IMG/VR virus record: IMGVR_UViG_3300035158_000384
Coordinates: 31,754 to 95,753 of that record
Length of the DNA: 64,000 bases
DNA from: a virus
Reading direction: 5' to 3' (one strand)
Part shown: one piece after another, positions 45,862-56,201 of the stretch
Layout of the letters: each line of letters begins with the position of its first letter
Position numbering within the stretch: position 1 is the first letter of the stretch
Program-made: the position numbers and the translations under genes
The notes under the pieces: generated by a model
What the model saw: the letters and a program-made list of their open reading frames with translations, nothing else
The model's database searches: none
What the model was told of the DNA's origin: nothing

Positions 45862-48800
45862 CTACGGATTGCCCTCATCGTTTGTTTTAACGATTACCTT
45901 TTCAGGTTTTCGTCCGTTGAAAAAGTGTGTGAAGCCTTTCTCATAAGCCAACTCTACAAGCTCTTCGACTGTATGAGATGTGTATGGACCGATTACCGCA
46001 GTATGTAGATATTTCATAAGGTCTAGGCTGTGTCTCACATTGACTTGTGGTTTTGTGGCTGCACATATCTCACCGGTCCAACCCCAATGATGCCCAGCTT
46101 CCACCATACGTTCAAAATCGGTTATGCGGGGAGCCCCTTCGTTCCCGAAATCGTCGAACCACGTCACAAAAACATCGGTGCGGAGTAGAACACTCAGATC
46201 GAAGTAGAAAGCACCTATATCCCCCCCTGTAAGCCCTGTTCGGAAAGTTGCAAAAATACCTTGTGTACCTCCAGAGGCGAAGTCACTCCCTACTGAACCG
46301 CCAGAGGGTTCTTTCCCCGGCTTTCCGAAGGGGTCCAAACCATAATAAGGTTTGGTATTGTTCGACAACAACGCCCCATTGTTTACCAACATGAGGTACA
46401 ATACGTCTCCTGCATTACCTTTCAAAGGACGATGTGCCACGAACGTATTAGAAGGGAACACCTCCACCACATCATCACGAGTCACACCCAAACGCGCCTT
46501 GACATTCCAACCCGCGTCTTTTCCGTCATATTCCCCCTCTGGAAGCCATCCGGGTAGTTGATCCAGAGTCTCTTCGGTAACGTCAGGATACTTGTCTGCG
46601 AGTTTCGCTGCCACGCGCTTACGCAGCAAAGACAAAGCCTTCTCGGTATCGCCCTCCCGATAAGCATCCATAGCTTCAGCAAACTCTTCCTCAACCTCTG
46701 CGCTGACTACACCACCAGCATAAATGTGCCCTGCAACCGCCTTGGGCTGCCAACTCTTCCCTTTGTCTTGAAGCACAACCAACTGTTTGGCTAAGAACAG
46801 CACCTCTTCGTCTTCAGAGGTAGCCGGGGTCATAGGCATTTCTGTCAAGTCCTGCACAAGGTGCAGAAGTCGCGCAACCGTTTCAGGTGAAGGTTCGCCG
46901 GGGATAAGACCCCAACATTGTCCACGGTGGCCGCGCAAGTCTGCCATAACTTCAGACCACGGTGTTTCCCCCGGAGGCGTTATATACAAACGGGCTTGCG
47001 TAGTTTTGTCCTCTAAAACAAACTGTGAGTGGGAAGTGGCGTTGAACATGGCTTTGTTTCCACCCGCCGCCCAATGTTTTTTGCCGTATGCGTCCTCGAT
47101 CTCTTTTTTGAATTGGACCCCTGTTTCGTCCGCCTCAATTACCCCATCAGCAACATTACAATTAGGCCATTCTGCTCCTGCCCCTTTGAAAGTCACGTTG
47201 AACGGTTTTTCTTCAGGAACCTCTTCTACTACTTCCTCTTCCTCTTCCTCTTCCTCCGGGGGTTTTTCCCATTGGTAAAAGTGCTCCTTTATACCCTTCC
47301 CCAAGTAAGTGTCCATATCCCCAACTACGCTTTCCATCTTCTCGCAATAGTCAATGTAGCTGTCGCACATCTTCGCGATGTCCGAATACTTATCGCCGGT
47401 TTCGGGATGTTTTTCTTCAAGCTTGGCTACAGCCTCTTCCTGCAAATCGATCAAGTCCGACTTTAAGTTTTTTCCGGCTGTGTGCGTTAGCGGCGTGGAA
47501 ACCACCGGGGACACCTTGGATTCATTCAAGTTTTTATCGTTCGCGACCGCCAAGTGGTAGTTGATATTGCCCACCGCAACGCGGATAGCTTTCCAATACC
47601 CCTTCAACACGTCGATCTTCAAAGCGTCAATCTTGTCCGTCGCATCGCTGGCCTTGACATGCACCAGATTCGCCTCGGGTAAAAGCTTACCGGTCAATCT
47701 CATACCAGCATCGTGGGAAATTCGGAAATGTATCAAGGTGGCGTCCACTACATCACCTTTTGCGGTGCGCATCTGTACCTTGCGCACCATGACCGCTTGC
47801 TCCTCAATCACATCGCGGTCTATCTGCACAGATTTGCCACGCCAACCAGAGTTTTTGGCTTCCTCAATAATCTTGGCTTCCTTCTCTGTAAAGCCCACCG
47901 CTTCCACAGAGTCACCTAGATCACCTATACCCGGCAGAGGCGCAAGCCACTCAACCTCGCCCACGGAAGGCCACTTGAAGTCCGCCCGTAGATTTTTAAG
48001 CACTTTCGTCCAGTTTGCAAGGTACTTATCGCGGCGGCTGAACAACTCGTTGTAGACGGCTTCGGTTTGACTTTCCGTCAAACCCTTCTTCTCTAAAACT
48101 GGGTCAATTTTGGAGCGCAGGAAACCGTCCGTCATACCTTGTATGTTGGCGATGACACGACGCATGGCTTTCCATGCAAGTGTCGGTATCTCTGCCTCTT
48201 CCATACCCCATGACTTGAGTAGCTGCTTTGCATAACCTTGCCCAAAGTTGCCTGCGGGGTGGAAATCCGGCTTTAGAGATTCGCCCGACGACTGACCCTG
48301 CAACGCGCCTTTGATAATGAATTTGAAAGCCTGTCCACGGTCGATGGGAATAAGCTTCCCGCCCTTCATTAACCAATTGCCGCTGTGACCGTCATGATCG
48401 CCCACAAACATGTCAAAGGCATGCTGTGCAAGTAGTTCTGCTTTGTTGTCGTCACTCAAGCTCTCGGGATTCGCGGGTGGGGGATTGTCGGGTTCAACAA
48501 ACGGCTGTAGACTACCGAGGCGCTTGGTGCCGTGCATATCTGCGTTTACAACGCGAACAGGCACGTTGTTACCCTTCACCGCTTCAGCAAGCTCAAACGC
48601 GGCGGCGTCAACGTAAGGTCTGAAGTCTTCCGCGCTTGTAGGTGCAGTCTTGAAAAAGTATTTGTTGCCTTCTTCGTCAACCAATATGGTGTTGGGTTTT
48701 GACCCTCCGGGTGAAGCCTCCCCTGTTTCCGTCAAGGTGTTTGGATTGAGCGTCAGTAGTTTGTTGTGCAAATCAGGCGACAACGGCGATTTCAACTTTA

Positions 48801-51800
48801 TCTTCTTCGCCGCTTTTGACGTTGTGTCAAACTCCGGGTCTGCCGCAACCCCCTGCAACGCACCTTTCGTTTTGAGGTCCGCAACGTGCTTGAGCCAATT
48901 CTCTACCGCCTTCACCTCTCCGGGCGTTACCTTGTTCGTGAACAGCTTGGCAACCTTTGGAGCCATATCCTTCGTTATGGTCTCATATCCTTCAATCCCG
49001 GAATCCGCACACCACGTCTGGAAGGTTTTCAATGGTACGTTCAACTTTCCAGTAGTCGCCCAAGCAGACATGGCTTTGTCTTTCACACTCGAACCGGTCG
49101 TGTACTTGGCGGTTTCATACTGATACTGTTGTTCCTGCCCCTCTTCGAGCAGCTCAATTTTAGCTACGTTGAACCAGACATGGTACGGAGGCTGTGAAGG
49201 GTTTATTTTGGTGTTAGCGACGTACTCACCGACCCTCTCCTCACCCTCCGCAGTCGTCAATATGAACCTGCCTAACGACACGGAAGGATCAGAACCCGTC
49301 AAAACATCCCCATCAGCATCATAAAGACGTACTAACTTCCCGTAATAGTCTCCCGGCTCATACTTTATTGCTGTTGTGTCTGTCCCTACCGCTGCGTTCA
49401 ACACCTTTAGTGCTTCTGGCGGCAACGGGACGCCAGCAGTCCAAGCCAAAGTCTGAACCATATCGGACACGCCATCCGTAGATGGAGGTGCTGTCTCCAC
49501 CTGTTTGGGTGTTGTCTCCTTTTTACCCACCAGTATGAAGTCAGAAGGGTATTTTACCACCATACCCTCTTCGTCATATATCGTGAACCACTCAATGGCT
49601 ATGCCAACCTTACTTATCATACTTACTATCTCGCGCGGTTTCGGTTCCTCCACGTAACCCAACACGGTAAATACGTCATCACCACCCACCTCCGTTTTGA
49701 ATACATCGTCAACCTTTGGGTAGCCTTCTGGTGAAGGAATAAATTTAAGCTCGCTGATGTCGTTTATGAAGACATTGGAATCCACAATCGCCTTTTGTAT
49801 TGCAGGGTTAGCTGGGGGGCCTATTACTGGCTCTTGTTCTTCTTTTGTTTGTTCGGGTTCGACAGCATCCGATCCCACCAATTTGAAAGCGCCGGGGTCT
49901 CTAAACACCTTCAAAACCTCGTCGTCATCAACATCTTTCTCGTATAGGGACAAAGTATACGCTAGTACCTCGGAGCTTTCAGCGAAACCTATTCCGTAGA
50001 TCATATGCTTTAGCTCATCCCTATAACGGAAATACCCGACCACCTTACTGACTTCAATATGGCTCGGAGCAAATGTAACATCGAAGCCCACAGGCGGGTA
50101 GCCTTCAGGAACATCAACCCACTCAAATGTGGACATAGAATCAGGAACAAGATCGGACAAAGCGTCTGTTACTGCGTCGGCGTCCTTCTGCGACAACGTA
50201 TATGGAGCAGTTGTCACCAAAGCAGCCCCTTCGGTTGAAACCTCAAAATTGTCGGGGTCTGTATCAGCCACCGCGTAGTAACCACCCTCTTCGGAAGGTA
50301 CCTCAAATATCGGGTTGACATGCTCGGCTTCCGTACCTTTCACCACATAATGCACATACGCCACGAGCTTTGACGCTTTGGGCAATTCCGAATGGTTGAC
50401 CATAGAACCAATCTCGGGGAGCCCTTGACCTGTCATGTTTTGTGAGCTTAAAAAGCTCCAATCCACCGTCTTGTAGTGGCCCGAACACCACGCTTGCAAA
50501 TCAGGTTTAACGGAGTAATTGGGCTTGCCCCTCGGCGCTGTTATGCCCTTGTTGGCGGGATCATTAACCTCCGAGACTGTGGGCGCGGCATCTGTCTCCG
50601 CAGCCTTGACTTCGTTATCCTGCGGCCATCCATGCTTTGCTACCCATTTGCTTGCATCGACGTAAATTTTCTTGTCGCGATCTGTGAGCTTCTTCCACCA
50701 CTTCTGTGTCTGCGCCGCGGCTTTTGGAAGGATGGGCTTGATCAAGACCGAATCTGTTTCCTTACCTGCTCCGTGCGGTTTGCCTCCTTTGATGTCCCCG
50801 ATGAAAAAACGGGAGACAGAACTTCCGCTGTGGTAGTCTCCGAGGTACGCCACAGGTCGAACAGCTAATCCGGTTTCCTCTCGCACTTCTCGAACCGCCG
50901 CCTTCGTGAACCCTTCACCTTCGTCAACAGTACCTTTCGGAAACGTGAGTGTGTAACCCCCAAACTCGTTCATAGGATGAACCATAACAAAACACGGAAC
51001 CGGGCTTGTGAACAACTTACCTTTACCGGAGAAGGTGGTACCTGCCGGAACAACTGCTACAACGCCTGCGGACAAATGACCCTTACTCGGTGTTTTTACC
51101 TGTGGTTGCTGTACGGGTGTGGGTTGATCATACCCTTTTGGAAGGTCCGAAGGTAGCGTGACGTTTGTTCCCGGCACCGTAACCGTCAATTCTGCACTTC
51201 CTGCCTTCTTACCAAACGTCACCTCACCCGTATCCGTGTCAATGTCCGTATCTCCGCTGTACGCGATAGTCCATTCGTTTTTATCAGCTAAAGAGGACAT
51301 GTCTACTGTCCCAACATCTTCTTTCTTCGGTGTGTATGTTTTTGTCTTTGCGGGCACCAGTACTCCCGCAAGATTTCCACCAGACCCTGTACCAAGCACC
51401 CACCCCAAAAGCCGATGAGAGGTTCCGGTTGCAACTCTTTTGATCTTTGTGTTGACAAAGAAAGGCGCATCTCCCGGAGCATCAATGAAGACATTCCCCG
51501 TATGCTTTGACCAAGCCTTGGCCACCTTGCTCAAACTGTATGACAATGTCGGAAACCCTGATTTACCCGGTTTGGAGTAGAGAGTTTCTGCAACGTCAGG
51601 ATCAAAACCAAGCACAGGAGCCTTATTGAGATTAACAGCGGCATATGCTCCATAAATTTCATCTGGACGTAAAGCTACAAAGTAATGAGGTGTCGTACCG
51701 TCGGGTCCGAAAGCATAGCCGTGAACAACAATTTCGGTGAAACTACCTGTTAAGGGTTCGAGTAATGTTCCAATATCTAATGTGAAAGCCTCGCTCTCCC

Positions 51801-54800
51801 CTTTCGTTGCAGGGAGGTAGTGCTTCCCCTTGTCCGGTGATAAATTAGCAAATGCTTTAAGCGCAACCGCTGTTCCGAAGACGTCATCAGGTGTTTTCGT
51901 ACCTTCAACCGCAGTTTTGGGAAGCGGCTGTGCGTTAGCAGCAACTGTACCGTCGAAACTATAAACCTCATGATTCTCATTAAGGCTTTTAGCGTGCTGT
52001 CCTGTGATCAAGCCTGTGGATTTAAGAGATGTGATGTAATACGGTGTGGAATTGTTGGTTAAGGCATAACCTAAGATCGTCAGACCGTCTCCCAATCCGC
52101 CCTTAGTCCGAACTACATCCCCTATGTTATATATAAAATCCCCGGACATACTTTTACTAGCCAACCCCAAACTAGACGATTTCTTCTGTACGTATTCCTG
52201 CGCCTCCGGGGTACCACACATCTCAGGATCAGTTTTCATTGTCTGCGCATCACTACCGGGTGCAGGTATCGCGTCGCTGGCTATCTCTTTTGAAAAACCT
52301 GCTATCTTATCGGTATTGGACGAAACACAGGAAGCAAAGAAAATAATCCCAGTATCAGGCTCCTGCGCCATGTAGTGTGGCTTACCGTCGACCTTTGCGT
52401 AACCCAATATACTGTAGACCTTGCCTGTGGCTGATTCAAGTAGCGTACCTATAGGGTATTTGTATGCAATGTTGGCATCTTGTGCTTCAAAAGTATACTC
52501 GAAATCCCACCACGTCGCGTTCTTAGCGTAGTTCAACCCTTTCTGCGTCACGGAGGGTGAAAACGCCACAGAGTCCTCGGCTCCGGGCTCCGGTTTTGGT
52601 GCAACAGGTGCATAGTTGGCTGCCGGGGCCGCTCCTTTTTCCAACGCCAAAACAGGCACAACTTTGAGTACAAAAATTTTCGCCTCTGCGGTTGTGTTTT
52701 TGGTTTTGTACTCTGTCCAAGCGGTTGTTCCAAGTATAGCCTGAGTGGTGTTTGTTTTGGTACTCTTTCCGTAACCCAGCACCTCATACAAACCGGTATT
52801 CCCGTCTATGGAGAGATTAACCGCGTCACCAACCGCAAACGGAGCATCTGTGGGTGTGTCGATGGGGTCTATATTCTTGGTCTCAATGTAGTTTACAAGA
52901 TCGCTCAAACGCGCAAACGTAACAGGTATGTGGTCCACAGGCTTGGCAAGGAATTGCTTTTCTACGGTCGAAAGATTGTAGGTATAAACCTTTGGAGGTT
53001 TCGACATGGATGAAGCGCTCAGGAAAACGACATGACACCCGTGAACAGGCAACGGATCGTTCACAACGATAGCATAGCCATCTCCATTAGCCTTCTCCAA
53101 GACATCAAACTTCTTGTACATGAAATCAGATTCAGGTTCCGGCAACGGGCCTTCAAACGGCGTCAAAGCACCGTCATTGTAAGCAGTCAGGGCAACAACG
53201 TCGGAAACAAATTCGTAGTTACCGGCGACATGTTTTAATGCAATCATCACCTCGGACGTTTGGTAGTTCAACGCCTGAACCACGGTGACAGGGTCGTCAT
53301 AAAACAGCCAATTGGAACCTTCAACAAAGGTTTCGACTCCTGCTTCCTGTGCTGTTTTAGTGTCTTTCAGCGGGTAAGCGGAGATGTCTGCCAACGCCAC
53401 TTGGTTTGCATACTGCGCAGCAAACTCAAGTTTGACTCCTGCATCAAGATCAGGCTTTTCTACCTCGGGCACAAATGGTTGAAATTTAGCGTCCGCGTAC
53501 AAACCTGCCAGAACCGCTTCGCTCGCGACACGGTAAAACTCCCCAGCGTCATCCGTCAACGAGATGTAAGTGGTTAGTTCCTCCGCCAAGTACTGCACAC
53601 GGTAAGCCGATCCAAGGAAAACCTTCTTGTTGTTCTCCTCTACCCACACACCATTTAATATCTCGTCGCTTTGGTGCTCTGCGCTCAAAGCCTTGTAAAA
53701 CGCGGTGTCTTCCAAACCAATCTGTGTGATGGTCTTGTTGGCGGCATCGCCTGCTCCCAACAGAGCCTTGAGTGTGTCCAAATCCACGGAGCCGTCTATC
53801 TTCGGAGCTTTCTCTCCCCGCGCCACTTCCTTCAACTTTTCGGTTGTGTAATAACCAGTCACGACGTCGTCGTAGTAGGGTACAGGATCGCTTTGGTTGA
53901 AGGCCACAAAAACGGTTTCACTCGGTTTGGTCTTGTAAGCCCCCTCGAGTCGCCAAATGGCGTTTGTTGGAGTGTGTAACCACAGACTGCCCTCGTCGGC
54001 GGTGTCACCACCCTCTATGGCTGTTTGTACAAACTCGGTTTTCGCCAACGGATAAGGCTCTATACTTTCCGGTGGAACCCCTACCGTCTGTTTGATCCCT
54101 TGTTCGACCGATGCGGGGACGCTTTTGGTAGTGATAGCTTCAGGCTCTTCGCCTTCTTCCTCTTCCCCTGCAACCGTGTCTTGTGCTTCCTTCTTTTTGT
54201 AGTTAGTCCAAGGCATGTCGATATGCCCTTGAACCACCTCAATTGTGTCTTCCTCCCACATATCCACAATTTGATCATCCCAAACCGCTAAATTCTTGCC
54301 TGTGGTCGCTTGTGTGAGAAGAAAAACAGGATCGCCGTCCACGTCCTGAAAAACGGTGGTTACTGTAACTTGGTTGCCATCCGCGTCTTCAAGCACAGAC
54401 CCTATACCTACGTCTGTCCCCGCTTCTTGACAAAGTTCGCCAAACTCGGTGCTCCCAACCGGAACAAACTTCACGTCTTCCAAGCCGTCAAGTTCCGGGT
54501 CGTCGGACTGGGCCACATATGCTTTGACCTGTTTCTCTATCTGTTTTCCACCCGCGCTTTGCTGGAGCTTGTAGCCTTCTTTCGGTTTAGGGTTCGTCTT
54601 GACCCACTCCGAAAACGTGGTGTACATATCCGACGCGACCGACAGCGTTGTCAAAATCGTCTGCCAATCCCCTTTTTCCCACGCTTTAATGAGCGTGTTG
54701 AATGGGCCTCCTGACAGCTTTCGTTTTTGAATCCACTTCTTTAATTTCTTCAATGCGGACCACACGGCGGGCGCTTCCATGTTCTGCCCCAAGTAAGCCG

Positions 54801-55758
54801 CACGGTACATGTCATAGGTAAGCTTGACCAGCTTATCTACCTGCGTTTGGTTCATGCCGGAAGGAACGGAGTAAAACTGACCATCCGGGTGGAAATACGC
54901 CAGATAAATGTTGATGGGATCGTTGTAGTGGAGGGGGTTGCGCTTTGTGCCTATGTCTTGATAAGACGGAGGGGGTTTAGATTCGGAATTTACGCCGCCT
55001 ATCTTGAGGTACGCACGGTCTTCCACCGCGAGCACGAAGTACGCCATCATCGTGCCCCATATTTCCCACAAGTATTTTTTGGAGGTTCCGTACTGCTCCT
55101 TGCCTGCCTTGGGATAAATGCTCTCATTCATGTCGTTGAGGTCTTGCAGAGCCGCTTCTTTGTAGTCCGCATCGGACGTGTTGCTCAAAATCCCTTGAAC
55201 GACCTCGTACACATCGGGCTTGTGTCGCCGACGAATCACGCCATTTTCAACCGCTTCCGCAGATTCGCCGAACGCAGCCTCAAAATCGAGGGTGTGCCCC
55301 GTATGTTGTTCGTACAAATCGACGAAACGAGCGGCGGTGGGAAGGTCAAAACCGTAGTCCCACCGCCACGCTTCTGCTTGGAACCTTTCGCAAACCTGTT
55401 CAGGCTCCAACCCGTATAACGCACCGACCCTGTCTTCGTCAACTAGCCCCTGAGCGGATGCTTCAGCATACAGCCGAGCCGCCCACGCTTTTCCCGGCTC
55501 TGCACCGTGCAATGACCACGAGCGCACAACCGGGGACACTTCCTCCGTCAAGAGTTCAGATAAAGCTTGGGCGTAGTCCTCTTCTGCCGCTTGAAAAAAA
55601 CGGTGCATACGCGACACCGTTTGAAGGCCCACACGACCCTCTGACAGCTTTTTCGCGACGGAGTGACCTGTCACACCCTCCAAGGCCGGAAAACGATCCT
55701 CACAAGCAGACAGGGCGTTTGTGGCGTGTTTCTTGACGGAATCAGGTACGATATACAC
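45862..55758 (-). CDS. 3298-aa polyvalent protein: head-morphogenesis-type N-terminus, beta-barrel repeats, Nudix hydrolase, HipA/PI3K-like kinase, ART-like C-terminus
   Basis: Exact Nudix box GTVDEGEGFTKAAVREVREETGL; kinase GGS..KYFFK..GSLQ..FD.FVGDHDGHSGN...IDRG; C-terminal H...GALLS...GG...F...D.F....D.FG. Confidence 0.8.
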   Translation of the reverse strand: MYIVPDSVKKHATNALSACEDRFPALEGVTGHSVAKKLSEGRVGLQTVSRMHRFFQAAEEDYAQALSELLTEEVSPVVRSWSLHGAEPGKAWAARLYAEASAQGLVDEDRVGALYGLEPEQVCERFQAEAWRWDYGFDLPTAARFVDLYEQHTGHTLDFEAAFGESAEAVENGVIRRRHKPDVYEVVQGILSNTSDADYKEAALQDLNDMNESIYPKAGKEQYGTSKKYLWEIWGTMMAYFVLAVEDRAYLKIGGVNSESKPPPSYQDIGTKRNPLHYNDPINIYLAYFHPDGQFYSVPSGMNQTQVDKLVKLTYDMYRAAYLGQNMEAPAVWSALKKLKKWIQKRKLSGGPFNTLIKAWEKGDWQTILTTLSVASDMYTTFSEWVKTNPKPKEGYKLQQSAGGKQIEKQVKAYVAQSDDPELDGLEDVKFVPVGSTEFGELCQEAGTDVGIGSVLEDADGNQVTVTTVFQDVDGDPVFLLTQATTGKNLAVWDDQIVDMWEEDTIEVVQGHIDMPWTNYKKKEAQDTVAGEEEEGEEPEAITTKSVPASVEQGIKQTVGVPPESIEPYPLAKTEFVQTAIEGGDTADEGSLWLHTPTNAIWRLEGAYKTKPSETVFVAFNQSDPVPYYDDVVTGYYTTEKLKEVARGEKAPKIDGSVDLDTLKALLGAGDAANKTITQIGLEDTAFYKALSAEHQSDEILNGVWVEENNKKVFLGSAYRVQYLAEELTTYISLTDDAGEFYRVASEAVLAGLYADAKFQPFVPEVEKPDLDAGVKLEFAAQYANQVALADISAYPLKDTKTAQEAGVETFVEGSNWLFYDDPVTVVQALNYQTSEVMIALKHVAGNYEFVSDVVALTAYNDGALTPFEGPLPEPESDFMYKKFDVLEKANGDGYAIVVNDPLPVHGCHVVFLSASSMSKPPKVYTYNLSTVEKQFLAKPVDHIPVTFARLSDLVNYIETKNIDPIDTPTDAPFAVGDAVNLSIDGNTGLYEVLGYGKSTKTNTTQAILGTTAWTEYKTKNTTAEAKIFVLKVVPVLALEKGAAPAANYAPVAPKPEPGAEDSVAFSPSVTQKGLNYAKNATWWDFEYTFEAQDANIAYKYPIGTLLESATGKVYSILGYAKVDGKPHYMAQEPDTGIIFFASCVSSNTDKIAGFSKEIASDAIPAPGSDAQTMKTDPEMCGTPEAQEYVQKKSSSLGLASKSMSGDFIYNIGDVVRTKGGLGDGLTILGYALTNNSTPYYITSLKSTGLITGQHAKSLNENHEVYSFDGTVAANAQPLPKTAVEGTKTPDDVFGTAVALKAFANLSPDKGKHYLPATKGESEAFTLDIGTLLEPLTGSFTEIVVHGYAFGPDGTTPHYFVALRPDEIYGAYAAVNLNKAPVLGFDPDVAETLYSKPGKSGFPTLSYSLSKVAKAWSKHTGNVFIDAPGDAPFFVNTKIKRVATGTSHRLLGWVLGTGSGGNLAGVLVPAKTKTYTPKKEDVGTVDMSSLADKNEWTIAYSGDTDIDTDTGEVTFGKKAGSAELTVTVPGTNVTLPSDLPKGYDQPTPVQQPQVKTPSKGHLSAGVVAVVPAGTTFSGKGKLFTSPVPCFVMVHPMNEFGGYTLTFPKGTVDEGEGFTKAAVREVREETGLAVRPVAYLGDYHSGSSVSRFFIGDIKGGKPHGAGKETDSVLIKPILPKAAAQTQKWWKKLTDRDKKIYVDASKWVAKHGWPQDNEVKAAETDAAPTVSEVNDPANKGITAPRGKPNYSVKPDLQAWCSGHYKTVDWSFLSSQNMTGQGLPEIGSMVNHSELPKASKLVAYVHYVVKGTEAEHVNPIFEVPSEEGGYYAVADTDPDNFEVSTEGAALVTTAPYTLSQKDADAVTDALSDLVPDSMSTFEWVDVPEGYPPVGFDVTFAPSHIEVSKVVGYFRYRDELKHMIYGIGFAESSEVLAYTLSLYEKDVDDDEVLKVFRDPGAFKLVGSDAVEPEQTKEEQEPVIGPPANPAIQKAIVDSNVFINDISELKFIPSPEGYPKVDDVFKTEVGGDDVFTVLGYVEEPKPREIVSMISKVGIAIEWFTIYDEEGMVVKYPSDFILVGKKETTPKQVETAPPSTDGVSDMVQTLAWTAGVPLPPEALKVLNAAVGTDTTAIKYEPGDYYGKLVRLYDADGDVLTGSDPSVSLGRFILTTAEGEERVGEYVANTKINPSQPPYHVWFNVAKIELLEEGQEQQYQYETAKYTTGSSVKDKAMSAWATTGKLNVPLKTFQTWCADSGIEGYETITKDMAPKVAKLFTNKVTPGEVKAVENWLKHVADLKTKGALQGVAADPEFDTTSKAAKKIKLKSPLSPDLHNKLLTLNPNTLTETGEASPGGSKPNTILVDEEGNKYFFKTAPTSAEDFRPYVDAAAFELAEAVKGNNVPVRVVNADMHGTKRLGSLQPFVEPDNPPPANPESLSDDNKAELLAQHAFDMFVGDHDGHSGNWLMKGGKLIPIDRGQAFKFIIKGALQGQSSGESLKPDFHPAGNFGQGYAKQLLKSWGMEEAEIPTLAWKAMRRVIANIQGMTDGFLRSKIDPVLEKKGLTESQTEAVYNELFSRRDKYLANWTKVLKNLRADFKWPSVGEVEWLAPLPGIGDLGDSVEAVGFTEKEAKIIEEAKNSGWRGKSVQIDRDVIEEQAVMVRKVQMRTAKGDVVDATLIHFRISHDAGMRLTGKLLPEANLVHVKASDATDKIDALKIDVLKGYWKAIRVAVGNINYHLAVANDKNLNESKVSPVVSTPLTHTAGKNLKSDLIDLQEEAVAKLEEKHPETGDKYSDIAKMCDSYIDYCEKMESVVGDMDTYLGKGIKEHFYQWEKPPEEEEEEEEVVEEVPEEKPFNVTFKGAGAEWPNCNVADGVIEADETGVQFKKEIEDAYGKKHWAAGGNKAMFNATSHSQFVLEDKTTQARLYITPPGETPWSEVMADLRGHRGQCWGLIPGEPSPETVARLLHLVQDLTEMPMTPATSEDEEVLFLAKQLVVLQDKGKSWQPKAVAGHIYAGGVVSAEVEEEFAEAMDAYREGDTEKALSLLRKRVAAKLADKYPDVTEETLDQLPGWLPEGEYDGKDAGWNVKARLGVTRDDVVEVFPSNTFVAHRPLKGNAGDVLYLMLVNNGALLSNNTKPYYGLDPFGKPGKEPSGGSVGSDFASGGTQGIFATFRTGLTGGDIGAFYFDLSVLLRTDVFVTWFDDFGNEGAPRITDFERMVEAGHHWGWTGEICAATKPQVNVRHSLDLMKYLHTAVIGPYTSHTVEELVELAYEKGFTHFFNGRKPEKVIVKTNDEGNP

Positions 55759-55786
55759 CGCACACCTCGCTTCACGTTATTTTCAA

Positions 55787-56092
55787 CTACACCAGAGACG
55801 ACACGAGGACTTCACCGAAGTCTTTGGCAAAAGCCAAAAGCACTTCTTTCGCCTCATTGCGAGCCGCGAGCACAGCCCCGGTAGCCAAGCGCTTCATCGA
55901 CTCCAAACGCCGCTCGGAAATGCGCTTGTACTTCACTTTCGACCACTCACCGCGAGTGTACTTCTTGAGGTCTTCTTTCATATCGTCGAGGATGTCGTCA
56001 GCAAGCTCTTTTGCATCACCTTCCAATTGATCCTCGACGCTGTCAAATAGACCCTCTACTGTACCTTTTAAGGCATCCATTTCGTCAGACAT
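55787..56092 (-). CDS. small helical protein (possible lysis/membrane partner)
   Basis: GGAGG RBS before MSDEMD; amphipathic C-terminal helix. Confidence 0.6.
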   Translation of the reverse strand: MSDEMDALKGTVEGLFDSVEDQLEGDAKELADDILDDMKEDLKKYTRGEWSKVKYKRISERRLESMKRLATGAVLAARNEAKEVLLAFAKDFGEVLVSSLV

Positions 56093-56201
56093 GGTTTCCT
56101 CCGTCTGAAGAGTTGTCAAACACCAAAACAACGCCGGGAGGGTACCCGGCGCTGGTTAAAACTCTACAACCAAAAACGCGGGGTCAAGTATTGACGTTGT
56201 G

